Below are positions 1 through 7,731 of a stretch of DNA of 22,155 bases, one piece after another. Positions within the stretch are counted from its first letter, which is position 1, and every line of letters starts with the position of its first letter. The notes below the pieces were generated by a model. That model had not been told where the DNA came from and searched no databases. It saw nothing but the letters and a program-made list of their open reading frames with translations. A program made the position numbers and the translations under genes. The DNA comes from Abditibacteriaceae bacterium (GTDB taxonomy: Bacteria; Armatimonadota; Abditibacteriia; Abditibacteriales; Abditibacteriaceae), in assembly GCA_031425655.1 (NCBI GenBank), contig JANPJS010000065.1:1-22155 (forward strand), given 5' to 3'.

Positions 1-1
1 C

Positions 2-124
2 ATCGCAACCCATCTCAATCACTTCGCACTCAAAGCCAAACTTTATCAAGCGGCCCTCCAAACCGCCTTTCGACAACTCAACGAACTCAAATCCAACCAC
101 GCAGCGGCCTCTATCACAGCCTGA
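2..124 (+). mobile_element. 3' end of a probable IS701-family transposase gene (partial, runs off window)
   Basis: Frame 2 reads IATHLNHFALKAKLYQAALQTAFRQLNELKSNHAAASITA*. The LNHFALKxKLY..AL..AF..L tail matches my recollection of ISAba11-like IS701 transposase C-termini. Composition is C/A-rich, unlike the flanking genes. Confidence 0.65.
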
Positions 125-126
125 CC

Positions 127-138
127 GCGTAAGGTGAG
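127..138 (+). repeat. Putative right terminal inverted repeat of the IS (GCGTAAGGTGAG)
   Basis: Lies directly after the transposase stop and resembles recalled IS701-group ends (CTCA..TTACGC on the other strand). The left end is outside the window, so it cannot be confirmed. Confidence 0.4.
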
Positions 139-151
139 TTAAGAATTGAAG

Positions 152-1363
152 ATGCGCGGTGAACTCAAAACTCAAAACTCAAAACTCAAAACTGTCGTTT
201 TTATGGCCGGCGATGTTTCGGGCGATATTCATTGCGCGATGCTGGCGCGCGAAATCGCACAAAGGCATCCCGACTGGAAAATTGTTGTTGTCGGCGGCGT
301 TAATCTTCAGCAAGTCGCGCGAAATGCCGAAAATGGGCAGATTTTAGGTGATACGACCGGCTATGGCGTGATTGGATTCGGCCCGACGCTGCCACTTTTG
401 CCGCGCGTGCTGAAATTGCGCCGAACTGTCGAGAACTTCGTGCGCCGAGAGCCTCCCGACGCTGTTGTGCTGTGCGATTGGGGCGCTTTTAATGGCCGCC
501 TGCTGCCGTTTCTCAAAGCGCAAAACGTGCCTTCGCTTTATTACTTTCCGCCGCGCTCGTGGCAACGCGAAGGCTCAGGCGGATTGGGCATTGTGCCGTT
601 CGTTAATCGTGTGGCGACGCCGTTCGAGTGGTCGGCGGCGCGTTTAATCAACGCCGGATGTCAGGCCGAATGGGTCGGCCATCCGCTTCTCGAAACGGTG
701 CGCTCGTCGCAGCCGCGCGAAGATTTGCGACGCGAGTTCGGCGCCGAAAACCGCGACACGCTGATCGCACTTTTGCCCGGTTCTCGCGCATTGGAATTGC
801 GCTACATCGCGCCGCATTTAGTCGAATCGGCGCGGCTGCTGCAAGCGCGCCATGCAAAGCGCAAGTTTCGCTTTGCCGTCGCCGTTCCGTCGGGCGCGGC
901 TTCGCGCGTGCGGCGTTATTTCGACGAATCGTTTGTCGTGGTCGAAGGCCGCGCCGGAGATTTATTTTTCGCCTGCGACGCCGCAGTTGTCAAAAGCGGA
1001 ACCGTCACGTTGGAAGCTGCTGTTGCCGGGGCGCCGATGGTTGTGGTTTACGATGTGCCCGCCGTGATGGCTTTGCAGTGGAAACTCACCGGTTCCAGCC
1101 GACGCGTGCCGTTGGTGGCGATGCCAAATATTATTTTGGGGCGCATGGCGGTGCGCGAGCTTCTTGGCCCGCATTGCCGCCCGCAAAACATCGTGGCCGA
1201 ACTGGAAAAGCTGCTCGATGATGCCGCGCTTCGCGCCCAAATGAGTGAAGATTATAAGGAAGTGCGGGGCGCATTAGGCGCCGAATTGCCATTTTCGGCG
1301 ACGGCGCGCAGCGCGACAATTTTAGAAGAAATGCTTTCGCCGGGGCGTGACGCGGCCACCTGA
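152..1363 (+). CDS. lpxB: Lipid-A-disaccharide synthase
   Basis: Motifs AGDVSGD, DWGAFN, YYFPPRSW, WVGHPL, LLPGSR, KSGTVTLE and MPNIILG. ATG at 152 is preferred over TTG 146; the start must precede the TVVFMAG beta-strand. Confidence 0.93.
   Translation: MRGELKTQNSKLKTVVFMAGDVSGDIHCAMLAREIAQRHPDWKIVVVGGVNLQQVARNAENGQILGDTTGYGVIGFGPTLPLLPRVLKLRRTVENFVRREPPDAVVLCDWGAFNGRLLPFLKAQNVPSLYYFPPRSWQREGSGGLGIVPFVNRVATPFEWSAARLINAGCQAEWVGHPLLETVRSSQPREDLRREFGAENRDTLIALLPGSRALELRYIAPHLVESARLLQARHAKRKFRFAVAVPSGAASRVRRYFDESFVVVEGRAGDLFFACDAAVVKSGTVTLEAAVAGAPMVVVYDVPAVMALQWKLTGSSRRVPLVAMPNIILGRMAVRELLGPHCRPQNIVAELEKLLDDAALRAQMSEDYKEVRGALGAELPFSATARSATILEEMLSPGRDAAT
161..193 (+). repeat. Heptamer tandem repeat (AAAACTC)x~4.5 inside the lpxB 5' end
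   Basis: gaactc aaaactc aaaactc aaaactc aaaact, translated as ELKTQNSKLKT. Confidence 0.95.
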
Positions 1364-3175
1364 ATGGAAAATATTAAGCGACTGTTGCCTTATGTGCGCG
1401 GGCAAAAAAGCGCCCTGATTCGCGGTATTCTCTGCGCCACATTATATGGCGTGGTCGGTTCGGTCTTCATTTATCTGATTAGTCAGGTTCTCAAGCCCAT
1501 GCTCGACCCGGAAATGCCGGATCGCATGGCGCAGCTCAATTACATCGTTTTTGTGGTCATCGTGCTGGCGGTTTGTCGCGGGTTTTTGGATTTTGGGCAG
1601 GTTTATATTATTCAGCGCAGCGGTCAGCGCATTTTCACCGCGCTGCGCGCCGACTTATTTCGCCATTTTCAAAATCTGCCGGTCAGCTATTTTGAAGGTC
1701 ATCGCACCGGCGAAATCATCAGCCGCTTGACCAACGATTTGACGGCATTGACGGCCCTGCTCAACGTCGGAATTATAACCGCCGTCGCGGCGCCGATTGA
1801 ATTGGTCGGCTCGCTGGGCTTGATGTTGTATTTCAACTGGCGGCTTTCGCTCTTCGTGGTGCTGATTTTGCCGCCGATGGCGATTCTGATTAATCGCGCC
1901 GGGCGGCGCATTCGTCGCGCTTCCGCCGAAGTGCAGGAGCAAGCCGCGAATCTGAATGATTATCTTCAGGAAAAGTTCGCGGCCATGCGCTTGATTCAAA
2001 CTTTCGGCAGCCGCGATTACGAAATTCAGCTTTTCAATCGCGTCAATAACGATAGTTATCGCGCCACGCTGCACCCAATTCGCATTCATGCGAGCCTGGC
2101 TCCGGTGATCGAGTTTTGCGGCATGATGGGCGTTTTGCTGGCGCTGTGGTTCGGCGCGCAGCAAGTGAAAACCACCGAAGACGCCGCCAACCTTTTCGCC
2201 TTTTTAATGGCATTGCACCGTGTAGCGATGCGCGCTAAAGGCATCGCGAGTTTGAATTTGCTGATTCGTCAGGCCGATGCCGCCGCCGCCCGCATTTTTG
2301 AAGTGATAGACACGCAGCCGCACATTCGCAACGCGCCGGATGCCGTCGCTTTGCCGGATGCGCGCGGGCATTTGAAATTCGAGGACGTGCATTTTTCTTA
2401 CAACGACGAGCGCGAGGTTTTGCAGGGCATCAGCTTTGAGGTCAAGCCCGGCGAAATGGTCGCTTTGGCGGGCCTGAGCGGTTCGGGAAAAAGCACCATC
2501 GCTGCGCTTGTGCCGCGTCTTTACGACCCTAAACAAGGCGGGGTTTTGTTGGACGGCCACGATTTGCGCGATATTACGCTGGAATCGCTGCGCTCTCATA
2601 TCGGCGCGGTGCCACAGGAAACTACGCTTTTTCACGGCAGCATCCGCGACAACATCGCTTACGGCAAGCCCGAAGCGAGCTTCGAGGAGATCGTCGAAGC
2701 GGCCCGGCGAGCCAACGCGCACGATTTTATCGTCGCGCAGCCCGGCGGTTACGAAGCGGAAATCGGCGAACGCGGCGGAAAATTGTCGGGCGGACAGCGC
2801 CAGCGCATCGCCATCGCGCGGGCGCTACTTCGCAATCCGCGCATCTTGATTTTGGATGAAGCGACGGCATCTCTTGACTCGAAAACCGAAGCCGCCGTGC
2901 AAGAGGCTCTCGATGAATTGATGAAAGGCCGCACCACGTTAGTCATCGCGCACCGCTTTTCGACGATCCAAAATGCCGACTCTATTTACGTTCTCGATAG
3001 CGGGCGCATCGTGGAAAACGGCACGCATCCGCAGCTTTTGGCGCGCGGCGGCGTTTACGCCAAGTTGTATCAAGCGCAGGCGTTTGTGAAGGAAGGGGCT
3101 GGGGACAGGGGGCTGGGGACTGGGCAATCGCCGCAAAACGGAAACTCAACAGAGGACAGCGATGGCGCCCGATAA
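1364..3175 (+). CDS. msbA: Lipid A export ABC transporter (fused TMD-NBD), MsbA-like
   Basis: N-terminal TM domain, Walker A GLSGSGKS, signature LSGGQRQ, Walker B ILILDE and IAHR H-loop. Sits between lpxB and waaA with TGA-ATG coupling. Confidence 0.88.
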   Translation: MENIKRLLPYVRGQKSALIRGILCATLYGVVGSVFIYLISQVLKPMLDPEMPDRMAQLNYIVFVVIVLAVCRGFLDFGQVYIIQRSGQRIFTALRADLFRHFQNLPVSYFEGHRTGEIISRLTNDLTALTALLNVGIITAVAAPIELVGSLGLMLYFNWRLSLFVVLILPPMAILINRAGRRIRRASAEVQEQAANLNDYLQEKFAAMRLIQTFGSRDYEIQLFNRVNNDSYRATLHPIRIHASLAPVIEFCGMMGVLLALWFGAQQVKTTEDAANLFAFLMALHRVAMRAKGIASLNLLIRQADAAAARIFEVIDTQPHIRNAPDAVALPDARGHLKFEDVHFSYNDEREVLQGISFEVKPGEMVALAGLSGSGKSTIAALVPRLYDPKQGGVLLDGHDLRDITLESLRSHIGAVPQETTLFHGSIRDNIAYGKPEASFEEIVEAARRANAHDFIVAQPGGYEAEIGERGGKLSGGQRQRIAIARALLRNPRILILDEATASLDSKTEAAVQEALDELMKGRTTLVIAHRFSTIQNADSIYVLDSGRIVENGTHPQLLARGGVYAKLYQAQAFVKEGAGDRGLGTGQSPQNGNSTEDSDGAR

Positions 3176-3244
3176 TCCGCCGACAAATCGGGCACCAAGT
3201 GCTGATCGGCAATCGCCAGCCGCCAGCCCCCAGTCCCTAACCCC
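3095..3244. repeat. Tandem-heptamer palindrome: (GGGRCWG)x4 ... (CAGYCCC-like)x4 spanning the msbA/waaA overlap
   Basis: Left arm ggggctg gggacag ggggctg gggactg (3095-3122). Right arm cagccgc cagcccc cagtccc taacccc (3217-3244). Confidence 0.85.
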
Positions 3245-4553
3245 TTATCTTTTCAACGCGCTGCTGCTGCCTTTTTATCCCGTCGTGTGGCTGTATACGC
3301 TGTGGCGGCGTTTCGTGAAAAAACGGAGTGCCGCGTCGCTGCGTGGACAGTGGGGCAGTGTGCCGCACGAAGCGCGCGAAGCGTTGCGCGGCGGAGGGCC
3401 GATCATCTGGCTGCACGCGGTTTCGGTGGGTGAAAACGTGGCGGCGCGTCCTGTTTTGCGCGCTTTGCGTGCGGCGATGCCCGCATCGCGCATCGGCGTT
3501 TCCGTAACGACCGACACGGGATTTGAAACGGCGCAGGGCGCCCGAAAAGCCGGCGAATCGGACGCCGTTTTTTATTTTCCGATTGATCTTCCCGTTCACA
3601 TCAGCCGCGCGCTGCGTGCCGTTCGACCCAACGCGTTTCTCACGATGGAAACCGAATTGTGGCCGAACTTTTTGCACTTGGCGCGGCGTGGCGGCGCGAA
3701 AACTTTTCTGGTCAACGGGCGCGTTTCGGATCGAATGATGCAAAGCGTGCCGCGCTGCAAACCGCTGTGGCGTTGGACTTTTTCCAATCTCGACGGCGCT
3801 CTGATGCGCTCGGAAAGCGATGCCACGCGACTGCGCCAATTAGCCGAAATTCTTGGGGCCGGGCCGCGCGAAATTCTCGTGACGGGCGACGTAAAACTCG
3901 ATTCGGCGCCGCCCGACGAAGACGGACAGATGCGCCGCGCCGCGCGCGAAAAATGGCGTGGCCTTTTCGGCATCTCGCCCGACGCGCCACTGTGGGTGGC
4001 CGGCTCGACGCATCCCGGCGAAGAAGAGATGATTTTGCGCGCTTTCGCCGCGTTGCGCGCAGAGTTTCCGGCTTTGCGTTTAGCCATCGCGCCGCGCCAC
4101 GTTGAGCGCGCCGCAGACGTGGAAAAGCTCATCGCGCGCGATTTTCCGGTTTTGCGCCGCACGCAAACAGCGCGTGATGCAGTTGTTTCCGACGCCGTGT
4201 GTTTGCTGGATAGCGTTGGCGAATTGGCCGAGCTATATGCCGCCGCCGACGTGACTTTCGTTGGCGGCAGCCTGATTGAGCGCGGCGGACACAATATGCT
4301 CGAACCGGTTTTGCGCGGCGTGCCCGTCGTTTTCGGCCCCTTTGTGATGAACTTCCGCGATGCGGCAACTCTGGTCGAAAGTAGCGGCGCCGGCACGCGC
4401 GTGCAAAACGAAACCGGGTTGCGCGAAGCCATTGGAATGTGGCTGCGCCAGCCCGAAAAAAGCGAAAAGGTGCCGCAAATGGCCGCTGAAGCCCTGTCGC
4501 CGCATCAAGGCGCCGCAACCCGCGTGGCTGAATTCATCGCCGCGCGGCTTTAG
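3162..4553 (+). CDS. waaA: 3-deoxy-D-manno-octulosonic acid (Kdo) transferase
   Basis: Motifs IWLHAVSVGE, ETELWPN, VNGRVS, GDVKLD, AGSTHPGEE, APRH and GGHNMLEP. An RBS-like GAGGA precedes the ATG. Confidence 0.95.
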   Translation: MAPDNPPTNRAPSADRQSPAASPQSLTPYLFNALLLPFYPVVWLYTLWRRFVKKRSAASLRGQWGSVPHEAREALRGGGPIIWLHAVSVGENVAARPVLRALRAAMPASRIGVSVTTDTGFETAQGARKAGESDAVFYFPIDLPVHISRALRAVRPNAFLTMETELWPNFLHLARRGGAKTFLVNGRVSDRMMQSVPRCKPLWRWTFSNLDGALMRSESDATRLRQLAEILGAGPREILVTGDVKLDSAPPDEDGQMRRAAREKWRGLFGISPDAPLWVAGSTHPGEEEMILRAFAALRAEFPALRLAIAPRHVERAADVEKLIARDFPVLRRTQTARDAVVSDAVCLLDSVGELAELYAAADVTFVGGSLIERGGHNMLEPVLRGVPVVFGPFVMNFRDAATLVESSGAGTRVQNETGLREAIGMWLRQPEKSEKVPQMAAEALSPHQGAATRVAEFIAARL

Positions 4554-4554
4554 A

Positions 4555-4654
4555 TTTTAAACACAAAGACACGAAGGATTCACAAAGCGCACAAAGGAAT
4601 TTAACTTTGTCTTTTTGTGTTCTTTGTGCCTCCTTTGTGTTCTTTGTGTTTAAA
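4555..4654. repeat. Tandem-repeat palindrome with ~9-10 nt unit (CACAAAG / CTTTGTG) filling the waaA-lpxK spacer
   Basis: tttaaacacaaagacacgaaggattcacaaagcgcacaaagg ... ctttttgtgttctttgtgcctcctttgtgttctttgtgtttaaa; outer ends TTTAAACACAAAGA/TCTTTGTGTTTAAA are complementary. Confidence 0.9.
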
Positions 4655-5679
4655 TGCTTGCCCTCACACCCGCCGAAGCAATTTATCGCGCGCTTTATTT
4701 GCGCCGCAAAGCGAAGTTTTCGCGCGGCGGAACGGACATCGGCGTGCCGGTCGTTTCGGTCGGCAATATCACGGTGGGCGGCACGGGAAAAACGCCCGCC
4801 GTGCAATGGATAGCGCGCGAAATCGCCAAAACGGGCCGGCGCGTGGCGATTGTAGCGCGCGGTTACGGCGGCACTCTGAGCGCACGCGGCGCGGTTGTTT
4901 CCGACGGCGCGCAAGTTTTACTCAGCGTGCGCGAAGCTGGCGATGAACCGTTCTTGCACGCGCGGGCGCTGCCCGGCGTGCCTGTTGTCATCGGCCTGGA
5001 TCGCGTTGCTGCCGCGCGGCGCGGCGTAGAAGAATGCGGCGCCGAAATTGTGATTCTCGATGATGCTTTTCAATTTTGGTCGCTGAAGCGCAATTTCGAT
5101 TTGGTGCTGCTTGATGCGCGCCGGCCTTTCGACAACGAGCATTTGTTGCCTGCGGGAAGATTGCGCGAACCACCGCAAGCCTTGAATCGCGCCGGCGCGA
5201 TTTTACTAACGCGCTGCGATGCTGCGACGAGGGAGCAAATTGCCGCGTCGCGCCAACAAATCGCACGTTTTTGCGGCGCCCCGATTTTTGAATCGAATCA
5301 CGCGCCCTCCGGCTTGCGCGACGAAGAAACGGGCAAAGTCTGGCCTTTGAATAAACTGAAAGAGTTGCCGGTTGCGGCGTTGTCGGCTTTGGCGCACAAC
5401 GCCAATTTTTTCGACACGTTGGCGCGTTGCGGCGCACAGATCGAATCGCAGTTGGCGCGGCGCGATCATCATTTTTGGCGCGAATCCGAAGTGCGGAATT
5501 TCGCAAACCAGGCGCGGAAAAAGGGCGCGCAGGCCATTTTGACGACGGAAAAAGACGCCGTAAAAATGCGCTCCGATTGGACAACGCCGCTGCCATTGCA
5601 CAGCTTGGTTATCGAGTTGGATTTAGGCGATGACGCAGGGCATCTGCAAGAATTACTCTTAAAAGCCGTGAAAATATGA
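4654..5679 (+). CDS. lpxK: Tetraacyldisaccharide 4'-kinase
   Basis: Motifs VGNITVGGTGKTP, RGYGG, GDEP, LDDAFQ, PAGRLREP and TTEKDAVK. Confidence 0.96.
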   Translation: MLALTPAEAIYRALYLRRKAKFSRGGTDIGVPVVSVGNITVGGTGKTPAVQWIAREIAKTGRRVAIVARGYGGTLSARGAVVSDGAQVLLSVREAGDEPFLHARALPGVPVVIGLDRVAAARRGVEECGAEIVILDDAFQFWSLKRNFDLVLLDARRPFDNEHLLPAGRLREPPQALNRAGAILLTRCDAATREQIAASRQQIARFCGAPIFESNHAPSGLRDEETGKVWPLNKLKELPVAALSALAHNANFFDTLARCGAQIESQLARRDHHFWRESEVRNFANQARKKGAQAILTTEKDAVKMRSDWTTPLPLHSLVIELDLGDDAGHLQELLLKAVKI

Positions 5680-6578
5680 AATTCGACCGCAATTCCTGGG
5701 AAACGCGCGCCACACACTTAGTCGGCGGCGCGATGCAGCGCGCTTCGTGGGGCGCGTGTCGTCGCGCTGGTTGGTGGATGGGGCTGGCACTTTCCAAAGC
5801 CTTGAAAAGCCGACGCGCGGTGGCTGTCGGCAATGTGCGGCGCGCGTTTCCGCACCTGAGCGAAGCCGCCGCGCGCGAAGTAGTGCGACGCAGCGTGCAA
5901 AACTCGGCGATGATGCTTTTCGAGTTCATGCGCCTTTCGACGGCCACGCCGCAGGAAGTGCGCGATTACGTGGCCATTGAAGGATGGGAGAACGGCTTCG
6001 CGGCTTTGGAAAAAGGACGCGGAATGTTGATCTTTACGGCACATTTGGGCAACTGGGAGCTAATGGGCGCCCGCGCTGCGCAAGAGTTTCCGGTCGCTGT
6101 TGTCGCGCGGCCTTCGTCCAATCAGGGTATTCAAGAGCAAATTGTGCGTGTGCGCCGCGCTGCGGGCATCGAAGTGATTTCCAAGCACGACACGGGCCGC
6201 GCCGCGTTGGAAGTGTTGAAGAAAAATCACGCTTTGGGAATTTTGCCCGATCAGCACGCCGGGCCGGAGGGCTTGCTTTTACCGTTTTTCGGGCATCCCA
6301 CGCGCATGGTTTCGTCGCTATCGCGCATCGCCATGATGTCGGGCGCGCCGATTGTCCCGGCCTTCGGTGTGCGCCGCCGTCCCTGGCTCAGCGACGGGCG
6401 CATTATCGCCTATGCTTCACCCGGCTACGTTGTCGAAAACGACCGCAAACGCCGCGAAGAATTGGTGCTGCAAGGCACGCAGCGCATGGTTATGGAGTTG
6501 GAAAAGATCATCACGCAACACCCCGATCAGTGGCTCTGGCTGCATCGCCGCTGGCGCAAAGAAGACGGAAGCCAATAA
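5676..6578 (+). CDS. lpxL: Lipid A biosynthesis late acyltransferase (LpxL/HtrB family)
   Basis: Motifs HLGNWE, LPDQ, PFFG and PDQWLWLHRRW; ATGA overlap with lpxK. Family is secure, acyl specificity is not. Confidence 0.85.
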   Translation: MKFDRNSWETRATHLVGGAMQRASWGACRRAGWWMGLALSKALKSRRAVAVGNVRRAFPHLSEAAAREVVRRSVQNSAMMLFEFMRLSTATPQEVRDYVAIEGWENGFAALEKGRGMLIFTAHLGNWELMGARAAQEFPVAVVARPSSNQGIQEQIVRVRRAAGIEVISKHDTGRAALEVLKKNHALGILPDQHAGPEGLLLPFFGHPTRMVSSLSRIAMMSGAPIVPAFGVRRRPWLSDGRIIAYASPGYVVENDRKRREELVLQGTQRMVMELEKIITQHPDQWLWLHRRWRKEDGSQ

Positions 6579-6700
6579 ACGCAGGGCCGCAAAGTCGCGC
6601 CGGATGTGCCCGTTGTTGATGGCGGTGGGCATTCGTTCACCCTCCCAGCCTGATTCACCACCTCAAACCGCATCGCAACGAAAATATAAAGCCTATTTAA

Positions 6701-6827
6701 TTGAGGGGTCGCGGAGTTTTTCACGCTTGATTTGACAAGGAAAATGGCCTTCTCCAAATTCTCGGATCAGCCAAGAATCCTTGTCATTGCACGAGAGAAA
6801 CCGGGAAAAAACTCTGCGACCCCTCAA
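6701..6827. mobile_element. MITE-like non-coding element with 21-bp terminal inverted repeats
   Basis: TTGAGGGGTCGCGGAGTTTTT (6701-6721) vs AAAAACTCTGCGACCCCTCAA (6807-6827), one mismatch. Inner inverted repeat TGACAAGGA/TCCTTGTCA. No clear target-site duplication seen. Confidence 0.65.
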
Positions 6828-6830
6828 AGA

Positions 6831-7022
6831 GTTGTGTAACAGCGCGCGATTTGGTCGAAGCGAAGGCGGGCGTTCTCTGGTCGCTGGAAGTTAGTCGCGT
6901 TTCGCATTATGTTTCGCGTCGGGTCTCCGGTAGCGCGAAATCTCTGGCTCTGGTAAAAGGACTTTGGTCGCGCGGCAGGCAGCGGTTTCGACGTTGCAAC
7001 CACTGCACAATAATCGGTAGGC
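6831..7022 (+). other. Putative ORF-less integron cassette with collapsed attC
   Basis: Begins with core-site-like GTTGTGT (6831) and ends with the near-complementary inverse core GCACAAT (7005-7011). This is followed after only 4 nt by GGTAGGC (7016-7022), which nearly complements the GCCTAAC at the end of the next gene. Confidence 0.45.
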
Positions 7023-7036
7023 ATCACAGGAACCCA

Positions 7037-7684
7037 ATGCGCACCAACTATGTCCTTGTTGACTTCGAGAACGTCCAGCCTGCCTCATTCGAGGCGCTTG
7101 GGCACGACCACTTCAAGCTCTTGGTGTTCGTTGGCGCAAATCAGGCAAAAGTGTCCTTCGAAATAGCTGCCTCGCTTCAGCAACTGGGAACACGAGCCGG
7201 TTACGTCAAGATCACGGGAAACGGTTCAAATGCGCTTGACTTCCACATTGCCTATTACATTGGAAAGTTGGCGGCAGAAGAACCCACCGCCTACTTTCAT
7301 ATTGTCTCCACAGACACAGGCTTTGATCCTCTAATTCAGCACCTCAAGGCTGAAGGCATCCGCGCATGTCGCGTGAAAGATATCTCAGAGATTCCAGCGG
7401 CAAAGACACCAGCGGCAAAGACACCTGCGGCAAAGACACCTGTGGCAAAGACACCTGCGGCAAAGACACCGTCCGAGCGCAATCAAGTGGCAGCAAACTG
7501 GCTTCAACAGACGAAGGCAACGAAGCCGCGCACGGTCAAGACCCTGAGCAGCACTATCGCCTCGTTGTTCCATAAAAAATTGTCGGAAAAAGAGGTTGCT
7601 GGTATCGTTAATTGGCTGGCAGAACAGGGTTATGTGGCGATAGCGGGAACAAAAGTGTCGTATACAACGCGCCCTGATGCCTAA
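7037..7684 (+). CDS. PIN/NYN-fold (PIN7-like) putative ribonuclease carried as a gene cassette
   Basis: Motifs VLVDFENVQP, GSNALDFHIAYYIG and IVSTDTGFDPL contain the PIN-type acidic residues. ATG 7037 has a CAGGA RBS; the 62-codon upstream extension in the ORF track is unlikely. The stop TAA lies inside the attC inverse core GCCTAAC. Codon usage differs from the flanks. Confidence 0.85.
   Translation: MRTNYVLVDFENVQPASFEALGHDHFKLLVFVGANQAKVSFEIAASLQQLGTRAGYVKITGNGSNALDFHIAYYIGKLAAEEPTAYFHIVSTDTGFDPLIQHLKAEGIRACRVKDISEIPAAKTPAAKTPAAKTPVAKTPAAKTPSERNQVAANWLQQTKATKPRTVKTLSSTIASLFHKKLSEKEVAGIVNWLAEQGYVAIAGTKVSYTTRPDA
7394..7468 (+). repeat. 15-bp coding tandem repeat x5 (PAAKT)
   Basis: ccagcggcaaagaca x2, cctgcggcaaagaca, cctgtggcaaagaca, cctgcggcaaagaca. 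Confidence 0.97.
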
Positions 7685-7731
7685 CCATTCGCTTAACCTG
7701 CCGCCAAGCGCAGGTTAGCTCATCGGTGGGC
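7679..7731 (+). other. attC-like recombination site 1 (short, degenerate)
   Basis: R'' GCCTAAC, spacer CATTC, L'' GCT(T)AACCTGC pairing with L' GCAGGTTAGC with one bulged base, spacer TCATC, then R' GGTGGGC (GGT instead of GTT). Confidence 0.75.

Noticed and set aside
6834..6896. Additional attC between GTGTAAC and GTTAGTC
   Set aside because: No complementary L boxes or internal stem are visible between them.
6851..7036. 62-codon N-terminal extension of the PIN ORF from TTG 6851
   Set aside because: It has no RBS, is non-protein-like and crosses a cassette boundary. The PIN fold starts at MRTNYVLVD (7037), which has its own RBS.
7394..7468. 15-bp repeats as a CRISPR array
   Set aside because: The repeats are contiguous with no spacers, are in-frame coding, and no cas genes are present. 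The intergenic heptamer repeats fail for the same lack of spacers.
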